Shown here piece after piece: positions 52,901-64,000 of a stretch of DNA of 64,000 bases. Origin of the DNA: Callorhinchus milii (Eukaryota). Position 1 is the stretch's first letter. Each line of letters starts with the position of its first letter. A model generated the notes under the pieces. That model did not search any database. It was given only the letters and a program-made list of their open reading frames with translations, and had not been told where the DNA came from. The position numbers were made by a program, and so were the translations under genes. Where the stretch lies: assembly GCF_018977255.1 (NCBI RefSeq), contig NW_024704743.1:27158001-27222000 (forward strand). Reading direction: 5' to 3'.

Positions 52901-53339
52901 GCATGGTTTGTTGCAAACTTCATGTGGAATTCAGCATATTAATTGCTACTTTGTTGTGTTTTGTGGTATTTCAGCCATAGAGGATATCAGTCAATCTGAC
53001 AGTGCAATGCATATACTTCCAATTTTTAAAATGGTAATAATATTATTCTATTTGATATAACACATTGTCAAAGCATTTCAAAGCAGAAGATTCAAACATA
53101 AAAAGTAGAGATTGTTTGTAGGCGATCAGTAGGACTCGTTGTGTTTCTTTTATCATGAGAAATGTTATGTATAAATTGACTTAATTTGCATTTACAGAGA
53201 AGAATGAATTAATATCGTTCTTTCGAAGAAATAAATATAATGCATCTTCCCCTTTGTTTGAAAAACAAAGTTTCAATTGATTGTAATTTGCACCTACAAA
53301 TTCAAAATGATACCATCAATTATTTGCTGTATGATTCCC

Positions 53340-54928
53340 ATCCTTACACCTCTCCTTACCTCCCAGCTCTACCTCCTTGCCCCTCTACTCACTGATATCA
53401 TAAGCCTCTCCCTGTCTTCTGGTACCGTTCCCACCCCATTAAAAAATGCCACCATGACTCCTATCCTTAAAAAACTCTCCCTGTATCCTTCTCTACTCCC
53501 TAAATACAACTCCATCTCCAAGCTCCCTTTCCTCTCCAAGGTCCTGGAACGAGCTGTCGCTTCACTGTTTCGTTGCTTCCTCTCCCTTCTCGAACACCTC
53601 CAATCGTGTTTCCGTGCCTCCCACAACACAGAAACAGCTCTGGTCAAAGTGACAAATGACATTCTGTTCATCATTGATCAGGGCTCCCTCTGCCTCCTCG
53701 TCCTCCTTGATCTCTCTACTGCTTTCGACACCGTCGACCAGTCTATCCTCATCCACCGCCTCTCCTCTCACCTCAACCTTCATGGCTCTGTCCTTGACTG
53801 GATCAGATCATACCTCTCACACCGCCTCCACTTCATCTCCACAAATGGATTCTCCTCTAGCCCCCGGACCTTCTCATGTGGCGTTCCTCAGTTCTTTTTC
53901 CTTGGTCCCCTCCTCTTCAACATCTATATGCTTCCTCTTGGTGACATCATCCGCAGACGTAAACTTCGATATGTATGTGGATGACACACAACTGTACCTC
54001 TCTGCCTCCACCCTTGACTCCAGCACCACTGCTGTCCTGACAGAATGTCTGTCGGACATCAAGTCCTGGATGAGAGCTAACTTTCTTCAGTTGAACATCA
54101 ACAAGACCGAGGCTTTCCTGATTGGCTCCCGTTAGCGCCTCCTCACCTCAGGCACTGACAGCATCACCATCCATGGTTTCACACTCCACCTTACTAAGCC
54201 AGTCCGGAACCTTGTTTGACCCTCAACTATCCTTTCTATCCCGAATCTGCGCCATGACCCATTCTGCCTTAACCCACCTCCGCATTGTCGCTCGGCTCCA
54301 CCACTGTCTCACACCACAGGCCGCCAAAACCTTCATACATGCTTTCATTACATCGAGGCACGACTATGCAAACTCATTGCTTGTCGGCCTCCCCAACTTA
54401 TCCCTCCACAGACTGCAGATCATCCAGAACTCTGCAGCCCTTGTCCCACAATAGGCTCTGTGACTCTATCCTCCCCAACTCCACTGGCTTCCTATCACAC
54501 AGAGGATACAGTTCAAGATCTTGGTCCTCACCTTCAAAGCCCTCCATGGTCTTGCTCCCCCCTACTTCTGTGACCTCGTAACACCCTCCACCCTGCTCGC
54601 TCCCTCTGCTCTGCGGGCTCCAGCCTGCTTCACGTCCCCCACCTCATTCGCCCCACTATTGGCAGACAGGCTTTCCGCCACTCTGCCACCACCCTCTGGA
54701 ACTCCATCCTGCAGTCCCTCTGCCTTGACCCTCCCTTGTCACCTTCAAGACTGACCTCACTACCCTCCTCTTCCACCGTGCTTTCAATCTGCCTGCTTTA
54801 CCCCCTTGCCCTCCACCGTTTTGACACCTGACCCACAGCTCGGGTCCGTAACTCTGTCTGTCCAGTGCTTTGGGACATGCTCCCGACATGAAAGGCGCTT
54901 TTCAAATGTAATTTTGTTGTTGTTGTTG
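53340..54928 (+). mobile_element. L2 LINE, longest fragment (about 1.6 kb), disrupted RT to tail
   Basis: [58 protein letters not shown]; frameshifts and stops; (GTT)n tail. Confidence 0.95.
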
Positions 54929-54955
54929 ATTCATTCAACTTTACAGATGATAAAA

Positions 54956-56138
54956 CTTTCTAAAAATATTTCTTGCTGTCTCGTGTTAAACTTGTTATTC
55001 TTGGTGGAATAATTATACAGTTGTTCGTGGCAACCAGGCTGATTATAAATTCATTCTAAAACTTTAGCACATAAGGAGCCTTGAATTATTGTAAGTCGGG
55101 GCAAGTAAAAGAACAAATGTTGTGCTTCTTCACAAATGATGTCCTAACATTATTTAATAAATGTATTAGTAAATATAATAATTAAGGATTGCAAAGTATA
55201 TACATCACAGGAACAGGCCACTTGCAGTCTGTGCAGTGTTTATAATCCATGCTAGTCTTCATGCATTCCTTATTCCTTGTAAAATATATTGCAAAATTAT
55301 TGAAATAAAAACCGTACTAGCGTCTAGAATTGTATTAAACACATATACTCTTTTTTAAAAAGCAAGATAGTGCCAATCTTTGCATTGAATCGGTGTGGGG
55401 TGGGTACTAGAGAAACCATTCTCCACAAGTCAGAAGAGTGTTTATTAGAAACAAACTTAATGATAATAATAACTATCATCATCATAACAATAATCTTTAC
55501 ATTTGCACTGTACCCTTCATGTAGGTAGAATGTTCCAAAGCGCTTCACAAGATATACTGTAAAGTGCAGTGACTGTGTTTGTGGGAATTTCATTATGCAT
55601 TATGATAATTATCACATCAAATGAATTTTGTGTATGTGGGGGGGAAGGGGGTTCGAGGCGACAGCTGGGTATCTGAACCATGTGAAAACATGACCATGCT
55701 TAAGGCTCACCAGAACCAACTGCAGAAAGTTTCACACGCAAGTCTTCCTTCCACACGTGCATTATAAACAACAACAACAAGATTCCATTTGTAGAGCGCC
55801 TTTCACATTGGGACGTTATAAAGCTTTATAAAGGTCATAAAGCTTCAGTCCGTAGACAGGTTGGTGCTGTTGACACAATTCTCCCCTTCTTTCTTCATCT
55901 ATTCCTACAGTTTATCATGGATATGGACAGGGTGGTGACTGGATTGCCTACGCAGATTGAGGCAAATCATGGCAGCTGCATGAAATCTTCTTAAAGAACT
56001 GTAATTCACGCAATTAAAATTCTCATGGAGATGTACATAAAAAGTTAACATCCAGCCTGGTTGCCATGAACAACTGTATAATTATTCCACCAGGAATAAC
56101 AAGTTTAACACGAGACAGCAGGAAATGTTTTTAAAAAG
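54956..56138. repeat. Inverted repeat pair: 54956-55041 and 56053-56138 (86 bp, 5 mismatches)
   Basis: TGCTGTCTCGTGTTAAACTTGTTATTC..GGCAACCAGGCTG versus CAGCCTGGTTGCC..GAATAACAAGTTTAACACGAGACAGCA. Confidence 0.95.
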
Positions 56139-56429
56139 ACGACAGCTAAGGGCTAAACCTGTATTTTAAAGATTACTGTCTTAAAACCACAGGATCTTAG
56201 AAATTCTTTCAGAATAGGTGGTCATTCAGCCCAACAAGCCTAATCAGGTGCTGGTTTAGCCACTGAAGCAATATAGTTTAATCTCTGTTCTCTGCTCTGT
56301 TCCCTCCACCCTTCCATAGTTTGTCTTTTCAAATGTTCATCCAAATCCTTTTTAAAATATTGTGGTTTCAATAGTCATTTGTAGCAATGATTCCGCCAGG
56401 GTCTAAAATTACTTCATTTATTTTGTGTG

Positions 56430-57470
56430 GTGGGGCAGGGTGGCTGGAAGCGTGGTCTAAAAGGAATGTCTTGAGACATGCCTTGAAAAAGGCAAGAGAG
56501 AGAGCAAGGCGAAGGGATTGTGCGAGGGTTGTGGTGATAGGGCCATGGAGCCTGGGGCAGCAGAGGACACAAGCTGCAGAGATCTGGATGATCTTCAGTT
56601 TGTGGAGGGAAGAGTTGGCATAGTTGAGTCTAGGTGTGATAAATGCGTGGATAAGCTTTTCACAGGCCTGAGGAGAGAGCCGGGGCGATGTTGCGGAGGT
56701 GGGGAAGGTCGAGCGGGTCATGGTATGGATGTGTGGGAGAAAGCACAGTTGTGGGTTAAACAAGATGCCAAGGTTCTGGAATGGCTTAGCAAGGTGATCC
56801 TTGGATGGTGATGCTGTCAGCGCCTGAGGTGTGGAGGCCCTGACGGGAGCCAATCAGGAGGGCCTCGGTCTTGTTGATGTTCAACTGTAGAAAATTAGCT
56901 CTCATCCAGGACATGATGTCTGACAGACATTCTGTCAGGACAGCAGTGGTCCTGGAGTCAAGGGTGGAGGCAGGGATATAGTTTGGTGTCATCCGCATAC
57001 ATGTGGAAATTGACCCCAAATCTGCAGATGATGTCATCAAGATGGAGCATGTCCATATTGAAGAGGAGAGGACCAAGGACAGAGCCCTGATGAATGGTCC
57101 ACTAGACAGTGCAGGGGCTACAGGAGAAACCGTTTGTGGAGACCAAGTGAAGACAATGTCAGAGGTAGGATCTGAACCAGTCAAGGGCTTAATCATGAAT
57201 GTTGAGGTGAGAGGAGCATCGGTGGCGGAGGATAGAGTGGTCAACAGTGTCAAAGGCAGCAGAGAGGTTAAGGAGGACTAGGTGATAGAGGGAACCCTGG
57301 TCATAGATGGACAAAATGTCATTCGTCACTTTGACCAGGGATGTTTTTGTACTGTAGGTAGCACGGAAACACAATTGGAGGGGTTCATAGAGGGAATGGC
57401 GGGAGAGGAAGGAGAGAAGCTGGGAAGCAACGGCTCATTCCAGGATCTTGGAAAGTAAATAGAGGTTGGA
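56430..57470 (-). mobile_element. L2 LINE fragment with internal deletions
   Basis: Minus ORFs LVKVTNDIL..LNLSAAFDTVDH, WMRANFLQLNINKTE, NLGILFN..RLNYAN. Confidence 0.9.
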
Positions 57471-58237
57471 ATTTGCATTATCTGCGTGAACATACCATCA
57501 GAATTTGTGGCAAAAATGTTTGTACATTGAATCAAGTATTCCCCCTCTAGAAAACAGCCAAATGAACCTTAATATCCAAAAGTTAATGAACTAAAATACA
57601 AGTGCCATCCATCCTGCTGGGTAACTGGCAGCCACTTCAGGAATTTTAATCTTTGCCTCGCACAAAATCTGCATAATCATAGAGTGAACCAAATGTGACT
57701 GTGAAAAATCACTTTATTTTCAAAAGATGATCCAACTGGCAGGTGCAATTGATTGGCCCCAGAAGATAGGGAAAGATAGCAATAAACAAACATTTCTTCT
57801 TGACATGATCCTGCTAGATTGGAGATTAATGTGCAATTAAACTTATTCACTCCCTCCCTTTCCTCTTTCAAGATACATCACAAAACGTAACTCCTGACCC
57901 GCTTTTGGTCATCTTTCCCTTCCCCCTTGCCTCTCACTCCCAGTTCGGGTGCACTTTCAACATTGTTAGGCTCTTTGAACTTTGATATCATTTCTCCCTC
58001 TCTACTCTATCAAAACTATTCATAAATTTAAAGACCTCATTCAGGTCTCTTCTCAATCTTCTCTGCTCCAGTCGAAAATTGTCACAGTTCCTCTCATCTT
58101 CTGCCCCCAACTCAGGTGCCCAGCCATCAGAGTCAAACTCTTTGACACGAGAGGTGGTATATAAATGTAAATTGTATTGTATAAAACTGAGATGTATCGA
58201 TTGGGAATTACCATGCAACTTTTTTTATTACTCGGTC

Positions 58238-59090
58238 TCAGGATGTGGATGGCATTGGCAGGACCAGCATTCATTACCTGTCCCTCGTTTCCATGAGAAT
58301 GCAGCAGTTTTCCTGCTCCTTAAACTGTTGCAGCTAGTGGTGAGGATACTCCAACTTTGGTGTTGGGAGGAGTTCCTGAATTAAGAAACACCAACAATAA
58401 AGGAACAGCAATAAATGTCCAAGTCAGGATTTGGAAACAAGTTTTGGTCAGCTGGGTGTCATGCGGAAACTCACCATCATGCTTAAGAGTATTCAAACCA
58501 AGCTGAGATTTTCATGCATCCCATCTACACGTGGAAATTGCAGAGATAGATTGTTCGAATGGAATGCGCACTCTCTCTCAAGAGGGATGCATTCTGCTTA
58601 TCTAATTCCGGGAAGTATTAGGTGAAGTTTGGTAAGAACCAAAGCTTGGGGACCCCAGAGTGTACAGTGCAGTCTACCAGCTAAGACCGCACAGTTTGCC
58701 ATTGATATTGCTGTCTGGCATGCTTTTCCACTGCTTGTCCGGCTAGGATCATCCTACCCGTTATGGGCTTGGCTTGCAGTGTTAACAGGAGCTGAGTGGG
58801 ATGACTTCCTGCTTCCAGTGACCGGTCTGCCCTTCCAGGTCCTGCCAATGAGCCAGTTGACTGTGCTGTCATCAGCAGTGCTGCAGAATACAACAGATCT
58901 GCCTGCCTGGCTGAGGAACCGGACTACCGAGATCGACACAGAGGGTTGGCTCGACATTCCATTGCCAGGTATTTGCTTGCTTCTCTGCAGGCTAATCAAG
59001 GTGGATTCTCGGTGCTGGATGTATGAACGTATGGACTCCAGGTAACGCCTTCCAGCAGCTGTTGCCCCAAACCTCCAAGTGAAGATGGTG
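58238..59090 (-). mobile_element. Old CR1-like LINE remnant
   Basis: GGATGTGGATGGCATTGGCAGGACCAGCATTCATT..TCCCT resembles an antisense shark CR1-like 3' end as I recall it; the downstream part is degenerate. Confidence 0.5.
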
Positions 59091-59864
59091 AGTAACACGG
59101 AGGAGAATGTAAATGTTGTGTTCTTGCCTGCCTTCAGACAAAACTTTTTGACCTCCCCGCTTCCTTCGGCTTCCACCCCTAACTCAAGTACCAAGCCAGC
59201 TGTACAAAGCGCTTTGAGATTCCTTCCTTTGAAATGTGTTATATAAATGTAAATTGTATTATAACATGTAAATTGTATTGCTTCCTGACCTGAGAATTGT
59301 AGCTTTTTAATAGATAAAATCACAATCAGTCACACAGAGGGTTTGAATGCTTCATATCGAGTATCTATTGAGGCTGAGACCATAACAACATTTCAAACAA
59401 CACTGGATTAACATTTCAAGTTGAAGCGTATAAAAATGTGGGAAAGAGCAGGGAATTGGGATATGGGTCCAGTAGAGCCCTATTGCAACATAAAGTCATT
59501 GAGGCCCATAAAATTCAAATCAGCACTTTAACAGGGCACGAATATTTGTCATCCCTTTCACATTCACTGTGCATACGCACAGAAAGATATGGCAGCATGC
59601 AGGAAGCGAAGTTGGTAATGACCTGACAATCCAGAAGTCAGATAGCTTACAAATTCCCTTCAGAATTTTAAGCATTTCAATCATAGCTTACGAAATCTTG
59701 AACTCATTCTGGGCTGTGGGGGGGATAGATATAAAGTGATGCTGGAATCATATATCGTAGGAATAATTTCTTCTGATCTTGAGTGGATCCTAGTTTCTTT
59801 TGAAGCTACTTTAACTACATATATAGATCATACAATGATCTTTTTATTCAGACATATTTATAAA

Positions 59865-60120
59865 AACAACAAATTACATTTGTATAACACCTTTCATGTC
59901 GGGAGGATGTCCCAAGGTGCTGGACAGTCAAGGGTTGGAATCAGGAGGGGCGAAGGGCAAGGTGGGTCAGGGTAAAAGGGTAACTGAAGGCACCGTCGAA
60001 GAGGAGGGTCTTGAGACAGGCCTTGAAGGATGCAGGGGTGAGAGTGAGATAAAGTGATTATGGAATGGAGGTCAGGTGGTGGCAGAAAGACTGAAGGTCT
60101 GACTGCTGATGATAGGGTGT
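59865..60120 (-). mobile_element. L2 3' end
   Basis: AACAACAAATTACATTTGTATAACACCTTTCATGTCGGGAGGATGTCCCAAGG. Confidence 0.85.
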
Positions 60121-61131
60121 GACAGTGAAATTCAATGAACAGCTTGCTCTGAAAATCAATGCAGACTTGATGAGCCGAATGGCCTTGTATGCTGTAAATT
60201 TCTATGTTTCCATGAAATGTTGCATTGATACTTGAGACAGATTTGTACTAACTGTGTTTAAAGTCTTGAAAAAAGCATCTGGAGTCCAAATGGCCCGTAC
60301 AATATTACACAAATGCAAGCAAAATTAAATACATGAAAAACTTAACTTGTGCTTAGCAATCTTTTAAAAATACCGTTGTTTAAGACCCAAGATTAGGGCA
60401 AACTTAGTTAATTAATTTACACATTTTCTAAGGCTCTTTTGAATTAAAGAATAACTGATCATAAAGCAAATTTGTTAATTTTGGTCTTTTTTAAGATCGC
60501 AGATTTTCAAAACTGAGTTAAGTTCCTATATGAAGTACCTTGCATTTATCCGTATTAACCTTTGTTTGCCAGTTATCAGCCCATGTGTATAGTCTATTAA
60601 CATCTTTTTGTAGGACATTTACTGCCTCCTCTAAAGAATTGGGTGTGAGTCCTCATAAGTATCAAACAGCTGACTGGCCAAAAAAAATTGTAATTCATGG
60701 GAAGGTTCTGATTAATGTGAGAGGGTTATAAAAGAAATCTGATCAGAAATTATGATACATTTTGAGGGCATTTGTCTAAAATTTGAGTGAAATGATTCTA
60801 ACCTTGTACAGATTATTGGAAGGACACATTGGAGAATTATGGCTGATTTGAGAACCATACCTTCAAATGTATGTTAGAAAGGGCTTAGGGAAGAATGCCA
60901 ATGAAAATTCAAGGCTTGGGGGAATCAAAGTTATGAGAGCTAAACATCTTTTTATTTGGAAGAAAGAATATTGGGGACAATGACTGAGTCTTTGTAGCAC
61001 TGGAAGTTATAAAGGGTATAAATATGCATAAGACAGAGAGATGACTGACACGTACTATGTCGGGTTTGGTCATTCCACTTTAGGAACAGTGTCAAGCAAT
61101 TGAACTGATTTGATTTAAGGTATGGGGGTAT

Positions 61132-61832
61132 GGCACCAGTTAGTAGACTGTAATCTTTAACATTTCTTCTGCCTTTACTTCTCACTTTCTAATTGAGAAG
61201 TGACAGTGTGATGCATCTGGAGTGCATTGTTGGAAGTGCCGTCCTTGAAGATGAGATGTTAAACCAAGGTCAAATCTACCTGATCAGGTGAACTTTAAAG
61301 ATCTCGTGGCATTATTTGAAAAGAGAAGAAAGTTTCTCCAATTATCCTTGACAACAATTCCCCTAACAAATTGTTCATTCACTCTTTGAAAGACATTGTT
61401 GTGTGCAAATTGGTTGCAGCAAATTGGTTGCCTACAAAATATATAATCACAACATTACAATGATTCCTATGAAGCACTTTGAAATGTGACATGAAAAGTG
61501 CCATATCAAATGCAAGGATTGTCATTATTTGTTTACTGTTTTACTCATTTGCCATAGATTTGTGTGTCGAAAATGAAGCTTGGGATTACTAAACTTCACA
61601 GTTTATATCGGCTGCTTAGTGGATAAGAAATTCAAGCAACAGAAATGTAATCGGTTTGCATAACATTTCTGGTATCAGCCGTGTTGCTGAGCTACACACC
61701 AGAGCAAAACAGATTATAATGGTAAAGGACCTTTCACTTTGTCTGCAGGCACCAGTTTAGTAGACTGTGTTCTTTAACGTTTCTTCTGCCTTGACTTCTC
61801 ACGTTCTAATTGAGGAATGACAGTGTGATGCA
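61132..61832 (+). repeat. Direct repeat pair of about 84 bp (61132-61215 and 61748-61832) bracketing a DeuSINE-like fragment (about 61218-61530)
   Basis: GGCACCAGTT(T)AGTAGACTGT..TCTTTAAC.TTTCTTCTGCCTT.ACTTCTCAC.TTCTAATTGAG...TGACAGTGTGATGCA occurs twice. Confidence 0.92.
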
Positions 61833-62949
61833 CTTGGGCCATTCTTGTCCTCCTGGAGATTTCTGACAAATTGTACAAAAAGTGCTGGGTGTAATTAGCA
61901 CCTTCTGGAAGCAGCGGAAAGAGGAACCCTGCTGCAATTGGAAACTAGGTCACAATTCATATTCAAAGAAAAGAACTCCAGCTAGTGCAGCAGATTCTGC
62001 TTGAAAGTGTGGGTTATGAATGATGAATAAGAATAAAGCAGCATTAATCCATTCAGAATTTGACATTTATTTGCTGTCATTTTCTTATGTACATTTCAGA
62101 TGTTAATAAATATTACATATTCCAATAAAATGCTAGGACTATTGAATCTCATGTATAACAATTTTCTTTAACATAACACACTAACCAAAGATATTGTAAA
62201 GCTGTGGACATCGATAATGCAAGCATAATACAATTTACATGTATATCGCACCTTTCATATCAGAAGGACATCTCGAAGCGCTTGACACTGCTGATTAGCC
62301 GACAGCGGTAGGGATGAGAACCAAAGGGAGTGGCGAGGGGAAGGATGACCAAAAGTGCTGTTGAACACGTGTGTCTCAAGACATGCCTTGCATGATGGTA
62401 GAAGGGAGCGAGTTGGAGGGACTCCAGGATAGAGTTCCAGAGAGTGGACTGTCTGATGATGGTGTCCGCTAAGCAAAATGAGTGAATTAGTGAGTAAGCA
62501 GTGCTTTGAAAATCATTGAGGTTTGTTGTTTTTGTTTTGAACCAATGTTCGTATGATTGCTTATGCTGTGAACTTTGATGTGCTTTAATACATATAACCA
62601 TCCTTTGATGTGTCATTGGACACAAAGCTCTCACTTTCACAGAGGTAGCCCAAGAATTCTGTCTCTTAACTGAATTCCAGAAATCGTTCTGGAACAATGC
62701 TTAGATGTCAATTTAAAATTACCAATCAGCAAAATATTTATTCATAGGGAAAACTTCACTGCAAGTTTGTGTAGCTGCTGTTAAACATTATAATATTGTG
62801 GCGCATGTTTAGCAAGAAACTATATTAACTGGTCTATGGAATTCAAGCCACAGTGTTAACAACTCAAGGAAAAATAAACTTCCAGTTCATTAAGAGTTTA
62901 TAATGAATTTTCAATATCCAAAATTCCCATTGATAAAAGCCAACATAAA

Positions 62950-63352
62950 ACTCACAACAGCTAATAATCCTTTGATACAGCATCTTTCAGGTCGGAGGAT
63001 ATCTCATCAGCGCTGTAAAATGCATCACTATATATTTTCTAGGAGAAATGCAGCAGACTATTTGCACACAGCAATGTCCCACAAACAGCCATGAAGGGAA
63101 TGACTAGTTTATTTGGGGAATTGTTGGCAGGGAGATATTCCTTTCTGTTTTCAAATTATGCCTTGAGATCTTTAACCCCACCTGAACAGGCAGACAGGAT
63201 CTTCGTTTAACATCTCAGCCAAAGGTTGGAACCTCTGACAATGTAGCACTGTAGTGTCAGCCTCTACTGTAAATTCCAAGTCCTGATCTGGGCATGAGTC
63301 CACAAACTTTCGACTCAGAGGTGACACTGAAATGCTGCCAACTGAGGCAGGC
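62950..63352 (-). mobile_element. DeuSINE/SacSINE-like SINE
   Basis: Antisense tail, core (CACCTGAACAGGCAGACAGG..GTTTAACATCTCA) and head (GACTCAGAGG..CCAACTGAG). Confidence 0.72.
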
Positions 63353-63711
63353 TGAAATAATCTAGCAATAAGATTACTTGAAATGTTAGGTTAGTAGGCC
63401 TAATTTTGTCCATCAATCATGAGAAAGAATGTTAACTCTTAGGTTAAGCTTTTGGTCAAAGCATGTTAGCAAACCATGATCATAAATAAGTATTAAGTAT
63501 GTTTTTTTTCAGTCTGAAATCAGATTTGAAGTCTTAAGAAGACTCAGATTTGATCTGTTCCCGAATGCCTAGGCCACTACGCTGAATTTGTTTTAAGTCA
63601 AATCTGTTTCCATTGTAAATATATTTTGATTTTGTATTTGATATTTTCATTTTTGCACATACAGTGAACTCCAAGAAATCTAAATTGAACATTTATAATA
63701 AATTTATATTA

Positions 63712-63905
63712 ATGATAATAATCCTTGCATGTGATTATAGCACCTATCACACTGCACAGAATATACTGTAAAGTGAATTGACTGTGTATTTTGTGGGCAA
63801 AACGCAGTGTCCCATAAACAGTCGTGGATTGAGTAACCAAAATTATTTATTTTGTTTCAAAGGAATTATTACACCCGGAAAAGAGAGCCACCAATCGATT
63901 AACAA
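63712..63905 (-). mobile_element. tRNA-Ala-derived SINE 3' half, long form; an L2 fragment follows to the window end
   Basis: AATAATCCTTGCAT..GTGAATTGACTG..CCACCAATCGATTAACAAC. Confidence 0.8.
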
Positions 63906-64000
63906 CCAAAACTTTGGAACTCCATTCCACATTCCCTTTGCCTTGCTCCTTCCATTGGCTCCTTCATGGCATGTCTCAAGACCCTCCTCTTCAATTCCTC

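Noticed and set aside
53277..54454. Longest ORFs (235 aa and neighbours) as a functional reverse transcriptase gene
   Set aside because: Frameshifted, contains stops, catalytic motif is YVDD in a different frame, no endonuclease domain, and homologous to many other decayed L2 copies in the window.
58629..59323. Overlapping 138-aa and 189-aa ORFs
   Set aside because: They lie on an old LINE remnant and an L2 tail and show no coherent protein motif.
692..63905. CRISPR array or prokaryotic-type system
   Set aside because: No regularly spaced repeat-spacer array and no operon-like gene density; the repeats are dispersed eukaryotic retroelements.

Overview
This is AT-rich, repeat-dense non-coding vertebrate DNA (intronic or intergenic), and I found no host protein-coding gene I can support. 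The repeat mix is degraded L2 and CR1 LINE fragments, one L1/Tx1-clade 3' fragment, an older DeuSINE/SacSINE-like family and about a dozen copies of a younger tRNA-Ala-derived SINE. That mix suggests a cartilaginous fish, possibly a holocephalan; this is an inference from recalled repeat families, not a database result. Almost all recognisable ORFs in the track are broken LINE reverse-transcriptase pieces or antisense shadows of them. The most interesting signals are structural. (1) Several short local duplications of sequence I do not recognise as a repeat: two ~86-88 bp inverted pairs whose mismatches are mostly G-U compatible on the + strand, an 84 bp direct pair, and a ~170-180 bp LTR-like direct pair with a TATA motif. 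(2) A SINE copy whose B-box region is replaced by a fold-back hairpin of its own 5' end. (3) Several clean nested insertions that give the relative ages of the repeat families. (4) A possible spliced + strand non-coding transcript at 5-13 kb. I cannot support a claim of a novel biological system from the sequence alone. Repeat boundaries were read by eye and are approximate.
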